A DNA stretch of 64,000 nucleotides, taken from the NCBI GenBank assembly GCA_963706205.1, contig OY970155.1, positions 1,584,064 through 1,648,063 of the forward strand, given 5' to 3'. The notes below the pieces were generated by a model. That model was not told where the DNA came from and did no database searches. It saw only the letters and a program-made list of their open reading frames with translations. Below, piece by piece: positions 18,602 to 27,828 of the stretch (position 1 is its first letter; every line of letters starts with the position of its first letter). The position numbers were made by a program, and so were the translations under genes. This stretch comes from an uncultured Acidimicrobiaceae bacterium. GTDB taxonomy: Bacteria > Actinomycetota > Acidimicrobiia > Acidimicrobiales > UBA8190.

Positions 18602-19477
18602 GTGCCGCTCATGGGGAACGCGTTCTTCGACACCGTGAACGTCCAGCCCGCAGGCGCCGGTCGATACGTGGCCGAGCTCGACGAGCGCTGGAACCTGCGG
18701 CCCCTGCCCCAAGGCGGCATCGTCACCGCCATCGCCGTCCGGGCCATGGAGGTGGAGCTCGCCCATGACGACCAGCGGCCCCGCACCCTCCATACGACCT
18801 TCGCGGCCCAGGTGGCCCACGGTCCGCTCACCATCGACGTCGAGGTCCTTCGTGCGGGACGGTCGATGTCCCAATTGCGTGCCGAGGTCCGCAATCCCGG
18901 TGCGGAGCGCGGCCACCTGACGACCTGTGTCTTCGGTGCCACCCGTCGCGGCTTCGACTTCACCGACCTCCGTCTCCCGGCCGACATTCCCCGCCCGTCG
19001 GAGTGCCCTTCCTTTCGCGACCCACCACCGGAGAACGTCCCCGCCTTCGGGCCGATGCCGTTCTGGGATGAACTGGTCGAGGGCCGCTCTGCACTCGGCC
19101 ACCCGCCGTGGGAGGACTACGTGCCCGATCGTGCCGAGCGGGCCATGTGGTACCGCTTCGACGAGTCACCATTGCTCGACGACGGGCGCCTCGACCCGCT
19201 GGCGCTGATCGTCCTCGCCGATTCGATGCCAGGAGCGGTGGGGGAGAAGGTCGGCCGCACCGACCGGTCATGGTTCGCGCCCAGTGTCGATCTCACCGTT
19301 CACTTCCTCGACGACTGTCGCTCGTCATGGGTCCTGGCTCACAACCGGGCACGTTTCGCCGGTGACGGCTACGCGTCGGCCGATATGGCCCTCTGGGACT
19401 GTGGTGACGACGGCGCTGCGGCCCCCCGTCTCGTTGCGTACGCCACTCAGATGTTCCTGTTCACCTTCACGAGCTGA
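18602..19477 (+). CDS. acyl-CoA thioesterase-like double hot-dog protein
   Basis: 291-aa ORF. The overall pattern (two hot-dog halves, ...HTTFAAQV..., ...DLTVHFL...) resembles TesB-type thioesterases. Family call is from memory only. Confidence 0.55.
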   Translation: MPLMGNAFFDTVNVQPAGAGRYVAELDERWNLRPLPQGGIVTAIAVRAMEVELAHDDQRPRTLHTTFAAQVAHGPLTIDVEVLRAGRSMSQLRAEVRNPGAERGHLTTCVFGATRRGFDFTDLRLPADIPRPSECPSFRDPPPENVPAFGPMPFWDELVEGRSALGHPPWEDYVPDRAERAMWYRFDESPLLDDGRLDPLALIVLADSMPGAVGEKVGRTDRSWFAPSVDLTVHFLDDCRSSWVLAHNRARFAGDGYASADMALWDCGDDGAAAPRLVAYATQMFLFTFTS

Positions 19478-19736
19478 GACGAAGAGACGTCGGGCTGGCA
19501 ATCAGCTCGTCGACCGGTCCGCCTGGAGATCTCTCACCGTCCCCTTCGGCGATGGCCACCAGGATGCCCGCCGCAGGCATGGGCCTGACGGAAGGCAGCC
19601 TGGAGCATCGCACGACCACGCTCAGCGCCTACGGGGAAGGGCACGATGCCAGTGCGCCAGCCCGGGAGCGCGTTTGACGACGTCATGACGTCGACGCTCG
19701 TCCGGGATGGCGGACGATGTCTGACCGGTTGATTGC

Positions 19737-21791
19737 CTACGACGACACGGGGGCTCTGGCCAGGAACACTTCGGCGTCCGCAGCCGGCAGGGGACGACTG
19801 AAATAGAAGCCTTGACCGGCATTGCAGCCTTCGTGCTGTAGACGCACGAGCTGATCGGCTGTTTCGATGCCTTCGGCCACCGTCTCGAGGCCGAGAGCAT
19901 TGCCCAGTTCGACGAGGGCGTGCACCAGAGCGGTGCCGGGTCCGTCTATGTCCGTACCGGCGATGAACGTCCGATCGATCTTGACAATGTCGACGGGGAA
20001 CTTCTGGAGGTAGGACAGCGATGAATAGCCAGTCCCGAAGTCGTCGATCGCCAGGCGGACTCCGAGGTCCTTCAACTCGCCCAGTCTCACGTCTGACTCC
20101 TGGGAGTCGAGCATCAGGGTCGTCTCCGTCATCTCCAGGATCAACCATGTCGGGTCCAGACCCGATCGTTGCAGTGCGTGACGCACGTCCTCGACGAATG
20201 TGCCGGTCTCGAACTGACGGGGTGAGACGTTCACGGACACCGCCGTCGCCAGCCCCAGGTCACGCCAGGAGCAGATCTGGCGACAGGCTTCCTCCAGCAC
20301 AAAGGCGCCCACATCGACGATGAGGCCCGACTCCTCGAGCGCCGGAATGAAAGTGTCAGGTGCCTCCACGTGCCCTGAAGGGCGTCGCCAGCGCAGGAGT
20401 GCCTCCATGCTCCTGACGGCGCCGTCGTCGAGCTTGATGACCGGCTGGTACACAAGGAAGAACTGACCACCTGACAGGGCGAGGCGGAGGTCTCTTTCGA
20501 GCTCGATGCGGGCCCGGAACTCGCCGCGCATCTGGGACTCGAAGCGGACGGCTCGACTCCGGCCCGCGGCCTTCGCTTCGTAGAGGGCAACGTCGGCATC
20601 CATAAGCAGATCCGCGGCCGAGGTGTAGGCACCCGAGACGATTCCGATACTGGCCGAAATAGTGAGCTGTGGCCGGGCGTCGCTGTGGACCGCGAATGGA
20701 GCGTCAAGAGCCTCGAGGAGACGTTGGGCGGCGCCCTCGGCATCGCGGGCGCCGGGGCCGTCGACCAGGACAACGAATTCGTCGCCTCCGAGGCGCCCGA
20801 TCGATTCCGAGGCGCGTAGGGCACCGCAGAATCGGATTGCCACCTCACGCAGGAGCTCGTCACCGACGCGATGACCGAGCGAGTCGTTGACGTCCTTGAA
20901 TCGGTCGAGATCGATGAAGAGCACCGCTCCGACCCCGCCCGTGAGATTGCCGCGCGCCTGCATCTGCTCGATCCTGTCCAAGATCAGCTTTCGGTTGGGC
21001 AGGCCGGTGAGGGGGTCGTGGGTGGCGAGCCGCTCGAGCGCGTCGCGCGTCGAGCGGAGCTGCGTGATGTTGTGCGCCGAGACGACCAGCCCGTTAACCG
21101 TCGGATCGTCGAGCAGGTTCACCATGCTCAGCTCACAGGGAACGGCGCCGCCTTCGCCCCGGCGCTCCAGGGCAACCTCGACGATTGTCGGACCGTGGTC
21201 AGCCTGCTGGTTGTCGAGTGCGGAGGCCAGTGCCGTCTGAAACGCCGGACGATCCGACGCGCTTACCAGATCGAGAAGGGGACGGCCTTCCACGAGGGCC
21301 TGGTCATGGCCCAACATCCGGGTGATCGCGGCCGACACAGACTCCACCGCGCCCGTGCGGTCGAGAAGCAAGAGGATGCTGGCCGAATTGTGAACGAGGG
21401 ACCGGAACCGTTCGGTGTCGTTGGTCGCCACTTCCCAGCGCCGGCGTTCGGTGATGTCTCGCACGCACCAGACGAGTCCGTTGACGGGCGGTTTGTCGAT
21501 TAGGTTGGCACCGATCAGCTCGACCAGCTTCCAACCCGTCGCCGTCCTCACCCGGAGCTCGATGGGACTGCCGATGTCCTTGCCTTGGACGCTGTCGAGT
21601 GACGCAATCGCCAGCTCGCGGTCCTCGGGATGGAGCAGTTCGAGCGCGCTCAAGCCGACGATGTCGGAGTTGGAAAGGCCGAAGGTCCGCTCGGCGACCG
21701 GATTACCCCAGATGAGGTTGCCGGAAGCGTCGGCCACCACCACGGCATCCGGCAATTCCAAGACGAGACGCTCGAGCCACCCAGGTTCCAT
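19737..21791 (-). CDS. PAS-PAS-GGDEF-EAL c-di-GMP turnover protein
   Basis: The 1018-aa ORF in the track is trimmed to MEPGWLERLVLELPDAVVV (ATG 21791). It carries GGDEF (RLGGDEFVVLVDG), EAL (MEALLRW), DDFGTGYSSLSYL, KIDRTF and EGIET. The upstream extension overlaps the divergent gene. Confidence 0.9.
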   Translation of the reverse strand: MEPGWLERLVLELPDAVVVADASGNLIWGNPVAERTFGLSNSDIVGLSALELLHPEDRELAIASLDSVQGKDIGSPIELRVRTATGWKLVELIGANLIDKPPVNGLVWCVRDITERRRWEVATNDTERFRSLVHNSASILLLLDRTGAVESVSAAITRMLGHDQALVEGRPLLDLVSASDRPAFQTALASALDNQQADHGPTIVEVALERRGEGGAVPCELSMVNLLDDPTVNGLVVSAHNITQLRSTRDALERLATHDPLTGLPNRKLILDRIEQMQARGNLTGGVGAVLFIDLDRFKDVNDSLGHRVGDELLREVAIRFCGALRASESIGRLGGDEFVVLVDGPGARDAEGAAQRLLEALDAPFAVHSDARPQLTISASIGIVSGAYTSAADLLMDADVALYEAKAAGRSRAVRFESQMRGEFRARIELERDLRLALSGGQFFLVYQPVIKLDDGAVRSMEALLRWRRPSGHVEAPDTFIPALEESGLIVDVGAFVLEEACRQICSWRDLGLATAVSVNVSPRQFETGTFVEDVRHALQRSGLDPTWLILEMTETTLMLDSQESDVRLGELKDLGVRLAIDDFGTGYSSLSYLQKFPVDIVKIDRTFIAGTDIDGPGTALVHALVELGNALGLETVAEGIETADQLVRLQHEGCNAGQGFYFSRPLPAADAEVFLARAPVSS

Positions 21792-22067
21792 GTGCTCCTC
21801 CCACGAGCTGTCTCTGGGACATCGGCCTGTCGGCACGGCTTCTGAACCCTGGCCAGGGGGGTCACATGCCCTGTAGGAGCCCCAGGGACAGCGAGCAGGG
21901 ACGATGTCGGGGCCGACGACGGGGGAGCTTCCCCGACGGGGGGTCCGGGGTGCTTCGTCGGCGATCAGAGGACTGCGTCCTCGGGGCGGGACCCGATCCT
22001 CAGGCTTACCCGGTACCGCCAGTTGCCATCGTGAACATGTGCGCGACGAAGGCGCGATACTCCCCTC

Positions 22068-22805
22068 GTGAATCCGGTGGTCACCGACGCCTGGCGAACG
22101 ATCGTCCCGGGCCCGGACGACAAGAACGGACCGCTCGCCCCGCTTCTGCTGGCTCTGACCGTCGTGACGGGCATGGTGGACGCATTCAGCTACCTGGGGC
22201 TCGGACACGTCTTCGTGGCCAACATGACGGGGAACGTCGTATTCCTCGCCTTCGCGCTGGCCGGCGCCGGGGGCTTCTCCCTGGCAGCCTCCCTCGCCGC
22301 GCTCGCCGCCTTCTCCGCCGGCGCACTGGTGGGTGGGCGCCTTTCGGCGCGACTGGGCGATCATCGGGGTGGCCTGCTGGTCGTCGTCAGTGCGTTCGAA
22401 GCGGTGCTGGTCGCCACCGCGGCGATCATCGTCTCGCTCGTCCACAGCCCCGGAGCGGGGGCCACGCGTTACGTCCTCATCATCGTGCTCAGTCTCTCGA
22501 TGGGAGCGCAGAACGCCATGGCTCGCAAGTTGGCAGTGCCGGACCTGACCACGACGGTGCTGACCCTGACCATCACGGGCATATCGGCCGACAGTCGTCT
22601 TGCCGGAGGTGGTGGCTCCAAGGTCGGGCGCCGGCTCGTGTCCGCCCTTTCCATGTTTGTCGGTGCTCTCATCGGCGCGATGCTCGTTCTCAAGGTCAGT
22701 CAGGTGGTAGCCGTTCTCGTGGCCTTGGCCGTGCTGTGCGCCATCCTTGCCTTCACGGCATCGCTCTCGAGATCCACCCGCGTGTGGGTCCACCCGTCGG
22801 CGTAG
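22068..22805 (+). CDS. YoaK/DUF1275-family membrane protein
   Basis: 245-aa ORF, multi-pass hydrophobic, with TGMVDAFSYLGLGHVFVANMTGN typical of the family. Confidence 0.7.
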   Translation: MNPVVTDAWRTIVPGPDDKNGPLAPLLLALTVVTGMVDAFSYLGLGHVFVANMTGNVVFLAFALAGAGGFSLAASLAALAAFSAGALVGGRLSARLGDHRGGLLVVVSAFEAVLVATAAIIVSLVHSPGAGATRYVLIIVLSLSMGAQNAMARKLAVPDLTTTVLTLTITGISADSRLAGGGGSKVGRRLVSALSMFVGALIGAMLVLKVSQVVAVLVALAVLCAILAFTASLSRSTRVWVHPSA

Positions 22806-23087
22806 GTGACAACGTCTTCACCGCTCCGATGCTGATCGACGGTGGCGGTTGACCGTTCGTCATGGCGGATCTGAGAGCGTCCCAGACGACATTGCCGTCG
22901 TAAGGCACTGCGTCCTCGGCGTAGTACCACCAGAAGTACCCACGGATGTAGTCATCGCCCGAGATATGGAGGGAGTAGTACTTCGACAGGAGAGCCGCCT
23001 TGGCCGCCGATCACGGCGCAGTGCACGCCCGCGACTATCGTCCGGAGAGCGCATGAGTGGCGCCGCGGAAGTCGGCGGCGGCAGGAG

Positions 23088-23567
23088 GTGACGATCGTGA
23101 AGGGCTACGTCCTGACAGTGGAGCGGGTCATTGCGGCTTCGGCCGAGACGATCTTCGACGTCCTGTCCGATGCGACCAAGCACGATCAGATCGACGGCTC
23201 GGGGATGCTTCAAGGCAAGAGACCCGAGGCGCCGCAACGCCTGGCGCTCGGTACGACGTTCGGGATGTCGATGAAGATGCTCCATCTGTCGTATTCGACG
23301 GTGAACAGGGTCGTCGAGTTCGAGCCGAACCGTCGGATCGCCTGGCAGACCGGCCCCACGGGGTCCATGGCCCGGGTCCTGGCCGGCCGTATCTGGCGTT
23401 ACGAACTCCAGCCCGTCGAAGGCGGGACCCTGGTGCGCGAGAGCTGGGACGTCACTCCCGATCATCAGCGGGTGCTGCTCAAGCTCGGGGACATCTACTC
23501 GGGCAAGACCCGCCGTGACATGGAACGGACCCTCGAGCGGCTTTCACAGCTGGTGACGCAGAGCTGA
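23088..23567 (+). CDS. SRPBCC (START/polyketide-cyclase-like) family protein
   Basis: 159-aa ORF with GTG start; ...ERVIAASAETIFDVLSD...RRIAWQ...WRYELQPVEGGTLVRESWD pattern. Confidence 0.65.
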   Translation: MTIVKGYVLTVERVIAASAETIFDVLSDATKHDQIDGSGMLQGKRPEAPQRLALGTTFGMSMKMLHLSYSTVNRVVEFEPNRRIAWQTGPTGSMARVLAGRIWRYELQPVEGGTLVRESWDVTPDHQRVLLKLGDIYSGKTRRDMERTLERLSQLVTQS

Positions 23568-23598
23568 CACGCGAGGCCGGCCGGTCCGAACCCCGTGG

Positions 23599-24555
23599 CT
23601 ACGGGCGAAGCGCGACGCGCCACGGCTCGAGGTCGAGGTTCGGGTAGAGGCGTTGGGTGGCCTTGAGTAGTGAGTTGTTCCATATCGGATGACCCGGAGG
23701 CGGGAAACCGAGGAGCGCCAGCTCGCGGGGGGTCGATCCTTCGGCGAAGCGGGTCCAGTCCGGCGACGTGGCGCGCGACTGGCCCGAGTTGTAGGCGATC
23801 CAGTCCTGTCCGGCGACGCGGTAGCTCACGTTCAAGAGGAACCGCGATCCTCCGGGTTCCGACAGCTGGACGGCGCGGTGAAAGACGTCGGGACGATAGG
23901 CCAGGTAGGAGCCACGGACGCCGGCCGCACCCTTCTCGAGCGCGTAGAGCTCCGGGTCGCGATCGGGCATGATCAGCGGCACTGTCGGTCGTCGACCGAC
24001 GGAGTCACGGACCGACACCAGATGGGTGGGATTGCCGGTGGCGCCCACATCCGAGAGATAGAGGAATCCCTCCATATGCCACCAGGGTGCCTCTGACACC
24101 GCGGGCAGCCAGGAGTGGTTCCGGTCGGTGTGCATGGGCTGTTCGTAGTTGGTGATTCCGGTGTACTTGGCCGACACACCGGTCTGGTAGATCCGGAGGT
24201 CGGTCGTGCCGAGTGCGCGCTCGGCGAAGTCGACGATCCCGGGATGCACCACCAGGCGATTGAGCGCGCCGGTGCCGGGGAAGGGGAACAGTCCGGCCCA
24301 GCGATGCTGCTCGGGACGGAACCCGGGGCCCTCGTCGGGCCAGACGAAATCGTCACCCGGTGCGGGCGGGTGCCCGAGCCGGCGCTCTGTCTCGCCGTCG
24401 GGATCGGCGTGGTACTGCTCGGCGGTGGGGAACAGCTGGTAGAGATCGTCACGGGCGGCGTCGATCTCGTCGGTTCCCACCAGGCCCTCGAGAAGGACCC
24501 AGCCGTGTTCCCGCCAGCGTTGGACCTCGTCGTCGGTGGCTCGTCGAGCGCCCAT
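23599..24555 (-). CDS. phytanoyl-CoA dioxygenase (PhyH)-like Fe(II)/2-oxoglutarate oxygenase
   Basis: 318-aa ORF with HTDRNH (HxD iron ligands) and distal DVFHRA. Protein-level paralogue of 53473..54348. Confidence 0.6.
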   Translation of the reverse strand: MGARRATDDEVQRWREHGWVLLEGLVGTDEIDAARDDLYQLFPTAEQYHADPDGETERRLGHPPAPGDDFVWPDEGPGFRPEQHRWAGLFPFPGTGALNRLVVHPGIVDFAERALGTTDLRIYQTGVSAKYTGITNYEQPMHTDRNHSWLPAVSEAPWWHMEGFLYLSDVGATGNPTHLVSVRDSVGRRPTVPLIMPDRDPELYALEKGAAGVRGSYLAYRPDVFHRAVQLSEPGGSRFLLNVSYRVAGQDWIAYNSGQSRATSPDWTRFAEGSTPRELALLGFPPPGHPIWNNSLLKATQRLYPNLDLEPWRVALRP

Positions 24556-24755
24556 GGCAGTCGATCAGTCGAGGACGGCGATCGGGCACCGGTCGTTCAG
24601 AAGCCGGTGCCCGGCCACGGCGGCGACATCGAGCCGCGCCCGGGCCGTGGCGGGCGGCAAGATTTCAGATTCGGTCACGCGCCGAACAGTACACGGTGCC
24701 GGTTCACGCCCAGTAGTCGAAGAGACGTACCTCGGCCGGTGACGCGGCCGACTGG

Positions 24756-26102
24756 TCACGAACCGAGATGCTTCCAGTGCACGCCGTCGGTTGTCCGCCA
24801 CAAGCCGGCCCCCACCTCGCACACCCACCCGTGGTCGGCGTCGACGAAGACGATATTGCCGCTTCCTCCAGCGACAAGTCCGGCGCGGGCGAGGCCGGAC
24901 ACGGTCGACCAGGTGTGGCCCCCGTCGGTCGTCTCGAACACTCCCGACCGGTCGGGGAAAAACCAGGCCGCGTCAGGGGTGAGCACGGCCAGGTTCTGGT
25001 GTCCGAGGGAGTAGGGCGACACGTACCCCCCGACAGGCAGACCGCCACCTGACGGGAGCGAGACATTGCCGCTCAGCACCGGTGCATTGGCCGCGGCGGT
25101 CAGCGTCCAGTGCCGGCCGCCGTCCCTCGACCGGTAGAGGGCCTTGGCCTGCGACCCGCCGCTCGGCTGTGACGCGCACACCATCCAGAGGTCGTCGGTT
25201 CCCGATGCCGCGATCTCCTGACCGACGTCGAAGAAGGTCGGACACGGGTCCGGACGTGTCGACCAGGTCCGCCCCCCGTCGAAGGTATACGCGATTCGCC
25301 CCAATGCGGCCTCACCCTCCGCTCGTGCCGGCGCGAACATGAGCACATAGGCGCGGGAGCGTGTGATCCGGGCTAGCTCGAGGTCCTGGTCCGCCACCGA
25401 CAGTCCCGGTTCTTCGTCCACCGGCGGAGCGTTCGTCGTCGGTGTCCATGTCGCGCCGTCGTTCAACGAGACGTCCACGGTGGCCGGGCATGCAGGCGCT
25501 GTCGACAGAGAGCTGAGCGCGCACGTTCCGACGACGGCCCACACGTTGGCACCGATTGCACTGACATCCGAGACCACCGGACCGACCGGTGCTTGTGTCC
25601 AGGTGCGGCCCCCGTCGGACGTGACCCACAGCGGAACCGTGCCCAGGGGCGACGGTGTCCCCCCCCACAGGTAGCCATGGGTGGTGTCGGCGAACTCCAG
25701 CTGGGCAGGCAGGTCCGTCGGGAGGTGGTCGTCCACCACGCGCCATGTCGCACCGCCGTCGTGGGTCGTCGCCAGCACGGAGGACGCCCCGTGGAAGGCG
25801 ACACCGAAACCGCCTGAATCGCTGATGAAGACGACATCGGCCAGGTTGGCCAGGGGAACCGGCGTTCCCACGGCCAGCGCTCCCACGTGTGCGTCGAAGG
25901 CGGCGAAGGCCTGGGTCGTCGGACGCGACCGCGGGACGGCCAATCCGATGACGAGGCCCACCACGAGGATCAGGACACCGAGGGCGGCAAACCCCGAGGC
26001 CACCCGCTGACGGCGCATCCGGGCAGCCCGTGAGAGTACGGCGCGCAACGTCCGCGTCGTCGGCGCCAGAGGCGCCGGATCATCCAGATGCTTGAACATC
26101 AT
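24756..26102 (-). CDS. membrane-anchored putative anti-sigma factor with extracytoplasmic seven-Asp-box (BNR/Ycf48-like) beta-propeller
   Basis: 448-aa ORF. Short cytoplasmic N-terminus, one TM (GFAALGVLILVVGLVIGLAV), then seven Asp-box repeats: DGGATW, DGGRTW, DGATW, DGGRTW, DGGRHW, DGGHTW, DGVHW. Overlaps the stop of the ECF sigma gene by 23 bp. Confidence 0.65.
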   Translation of the reverse strand: MMFKHLDDPAPLAPTTRTLRAVLSRAARMRRQRVASGFAALGVLILVVGLVIGLAVPRSRPTTQAFAAFDAHVGALAVGTPVPLANLADVVFISDSGGFGVAFHGASSVLATTHDGGATWRVVDDHLPTDLPAQLEFADTTHGYLWGGTPSPLGTVPLWVTSDGGRTWTQAPVGPVVSDVSAIGANVWAVVGTCALSSLSTAPACPATVDVSLNDGATWTPTTNAPPVDEEPGLSVADQDLELARITRSRAYVLMFAPARAEGEAALGRIAYTFDGGRTWSTRPDPCPTFFDVGQEIAASGTDDLWMVCASQPSGGSQAKALYRSRDGGRHWTLTAAANAPVLSGNVSLPSGGGLPVGGYVSPYSLGHQNLAVLTPDAAWFFPDRSGVFETTDGGHTWSTVSGLARAGLVAGGSGNIVFVDADHGWVCEVGAGLWRTTDGVHWKHLGS

Positions 26103-26628
26103 CCGCTCCTTGGGGACGACTGGCGCCCAGGTGATGGCGCAAGGCGATCAGCCCGCGCGAGGCATGGGATTTCACGGCACCGGCCGAAATGCCCAAGGCG
26201 GCTGCCACGTGGCTCTCCGACCAGTCGGCCAGATACCGCAACACCACCACCTCGCGCTGTCGCCGGGGCAGGCGGCGAAGTGCGCGTGCCAGATCGATCC
26301 GCTCGGCCTGGTGGACGTCGACGAGGACCAACGGATCGTTGACGAGACTGGAAAGACGCCGGCGACGGCGGTGGCGGTCGATGGAGAGATTGGTGGCCAC
26401 GGTCACGATCCAGCCTTCGGGGCGCTCCCGCAGGCGCGACCACCTCAGGTGGGCACGGGCGAGCGCCTCCTGGGCGACATCTTCGGCGTCACCCCGGTCT
26501 CCGAGAACCCGGAACGACACCCGATAGGCGAGGCGATAGAGGTCCGGGAACGCTTCGTCGAATCGCACCCCCTCACCCACGGCGCCGTCCTTCCTGGACC
26601 CAGACCCTGTGGGTCTACCAGTTCCCAC
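26080..26628 (-). CDS. ECF-type RNA polymerase sigma-70 factor
   Basis: Region 2 (DAEDVAQEALARAHLRW) and region 4 (QREVVVLRYLADWSESHVAAALGISAGAVKSHASRG). The more likely start is the GTG at 26580 (VGEGVRFDE), preceded by AGGAAGGA. Confidence 0.85.
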   Translation of the reverse strand: MGTGRPTGSGSRKDGAVGEGVRFDEAFPDLYRLAYRVSFRVLGDRGDAEDVAQEALARAHLRWSRLRERPEGWIVTVATNLSIDRHRRRRRLSSLVNDPLVLVDVHQAERIDLARALRRLPRRQREVVVLRYLADWSESHVAAALGISAGAVKSHASRGLIALRHHLGASRPQGADDVQASG

Positions 26629-26661
26629 GCAGAAAGGTCGAAGAAGGTTGGCAGCGAACGG

Positions 26662-27717
26662 CTACCCGCCCGCCGCCGAGGTCAGAGCCTCGAAATCGGA
26701 TCCGATGCTGGTGATGATCTCGCACGCCGGCCGATCTCGCGCCAGCCTGAAGCCTTGACCGGCCCAGAGGTTCGTCCCGTGGGGGTCGTGCCGGGCCACG
26801 GACGCCCGACGCAGTGCCCTGGTGGCGTTGTTGATGTAGGGGTAGGCCGACGGAGCGTCCGGATGTGCCCGCATGAAATCGTTCAGAAGCCCCCGGGCCC
26901 GCCGACCACTGAAGGCACGGGTGATGGCCGTTCGACTGAACTTTGGATCCGCAAGCGCCGCCTTGTGCACGTCGGGCGCTCCGCTCTCGGGGCACCGGAG
27001 CAAAGCAGTGCCCAGTTGCGCGCCGGCGGCTCCGGCACGAACGACGGCGGCGACATCGGATCCGGTCATCAACCCGCCGGCGGCGACGACCGGGAGGCTC
27101 ACTTCGTGGCGGACGGCGGTCACCAGAGCCAGAAGTCCCCAGCCGGCATCAGGAACCGTATCGTCGCCGAATGTCCCTTGATGCCCGCCGGCCTCGATCC
27201 CCTGTGCGCCCACGGCGTCGGCACCGGCGCGGGCAGCGATGGAGGCCTCGGCGGGCGTCGTGACGGTGACCATCACCTTCGAGCCGACGCTCTGCAGTCG
27301 TCGCACGGTGTCGGATGGGGGACACCCGAGGGTGAAACTCACGATCGGTACCGGATCCCTGGTCAACAGGTCGACCTTGTCCGTCCAGCCGTCGTCGTCC
27401 CAGACGGGGACAACCTCCACGCCCAGCGCGTCAGCCTCGGGGCGCAGACTGTCCACGTAGGCGTCGAGAGCGCCCTGGTCGACCTCGGGGCTCTGGGGAA
27501 CAAAGAGATTCACGCCGAAGGGTGCGGGCGACATTCCTCTCACCTCTCGGATCTGCTGCTCAAGAACACCGGCATCCAGATAGGCGCCGGCCAGGAAGCC
27601 CAGACCCCCGGCCTCGCTCACGGCGGCGGCCAACAGGGGCGTCGAGGGTCCACCGGCCATGGGGGCGCCGAGGATCGGCCAGCGCAGATGGAGACCGAGG
27701 AGTTCCACAGTCGGCAT
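26662..27717 (-). CDS. nitronate monooxygenase (2-nitropropane dioxygenase family, FMN)
   Basis: 351-aa ORF with ILGAPMAGGPSTPLLAAAVSEAGGLGFLA and GIEAGGHQG. Confidence 0.85.
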   Translation of the reverse strand: MPTVELLGLHLRWPILGAPMAGGPSTPLLAAAVSEAGGLGFLAGAYLDAGVLEQQIREVRGMSPAPFGVNLFVPQSPEVDQGALDAYVDSLRPEADALGVEVVPVWDDDGWTDKVDLLTRDPVPIVSFTLGCPPSDTVRRLQSVGSKVMVTVTTPAEASIAARAGADAVGAQGIEAGGHQGTFGDDTVPDAGWGLLALVTAVRHEVSLPVVAAGGLMTGSDVAAVVRAGAAGAQLGTALLRCPESGAPDVHKAALADPKFSRTAITRAFSGRRARGLLNDFMRAHPDAPSAYPYINNATRALRRASVARHDPHGTNLWAGQGFRLARDRPACEIITSIGSDFEALTSAAGG

Positions 27718-27828
27718 CGCGTCGAACGCTAGGCCCGCCGCAGGCCTCTGAGCGAGCTTGGTGCGATAGGCGTCCGCGGTGTCATTCCTGCCGTGACCGG
27801 CCTGTAAACACGGTGGGACTCAGCCTCG

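Noticed and set aside
21792-22793. N-terminal 334-aa extension of the GGDEF-EAL ORF (the track gives 1018 aa)
   Set aside because: The extension is Arg/Gly-rich nonsense and overlaps the divergent YoaK gene. The PAS domain begins right after MEPGW at 21791.
26092-27732. 546-aa plus-strand ORF
   Set aside because: It is antisense to the ECF sigma and nitronate monooxygenase genes, a shadow ORF.
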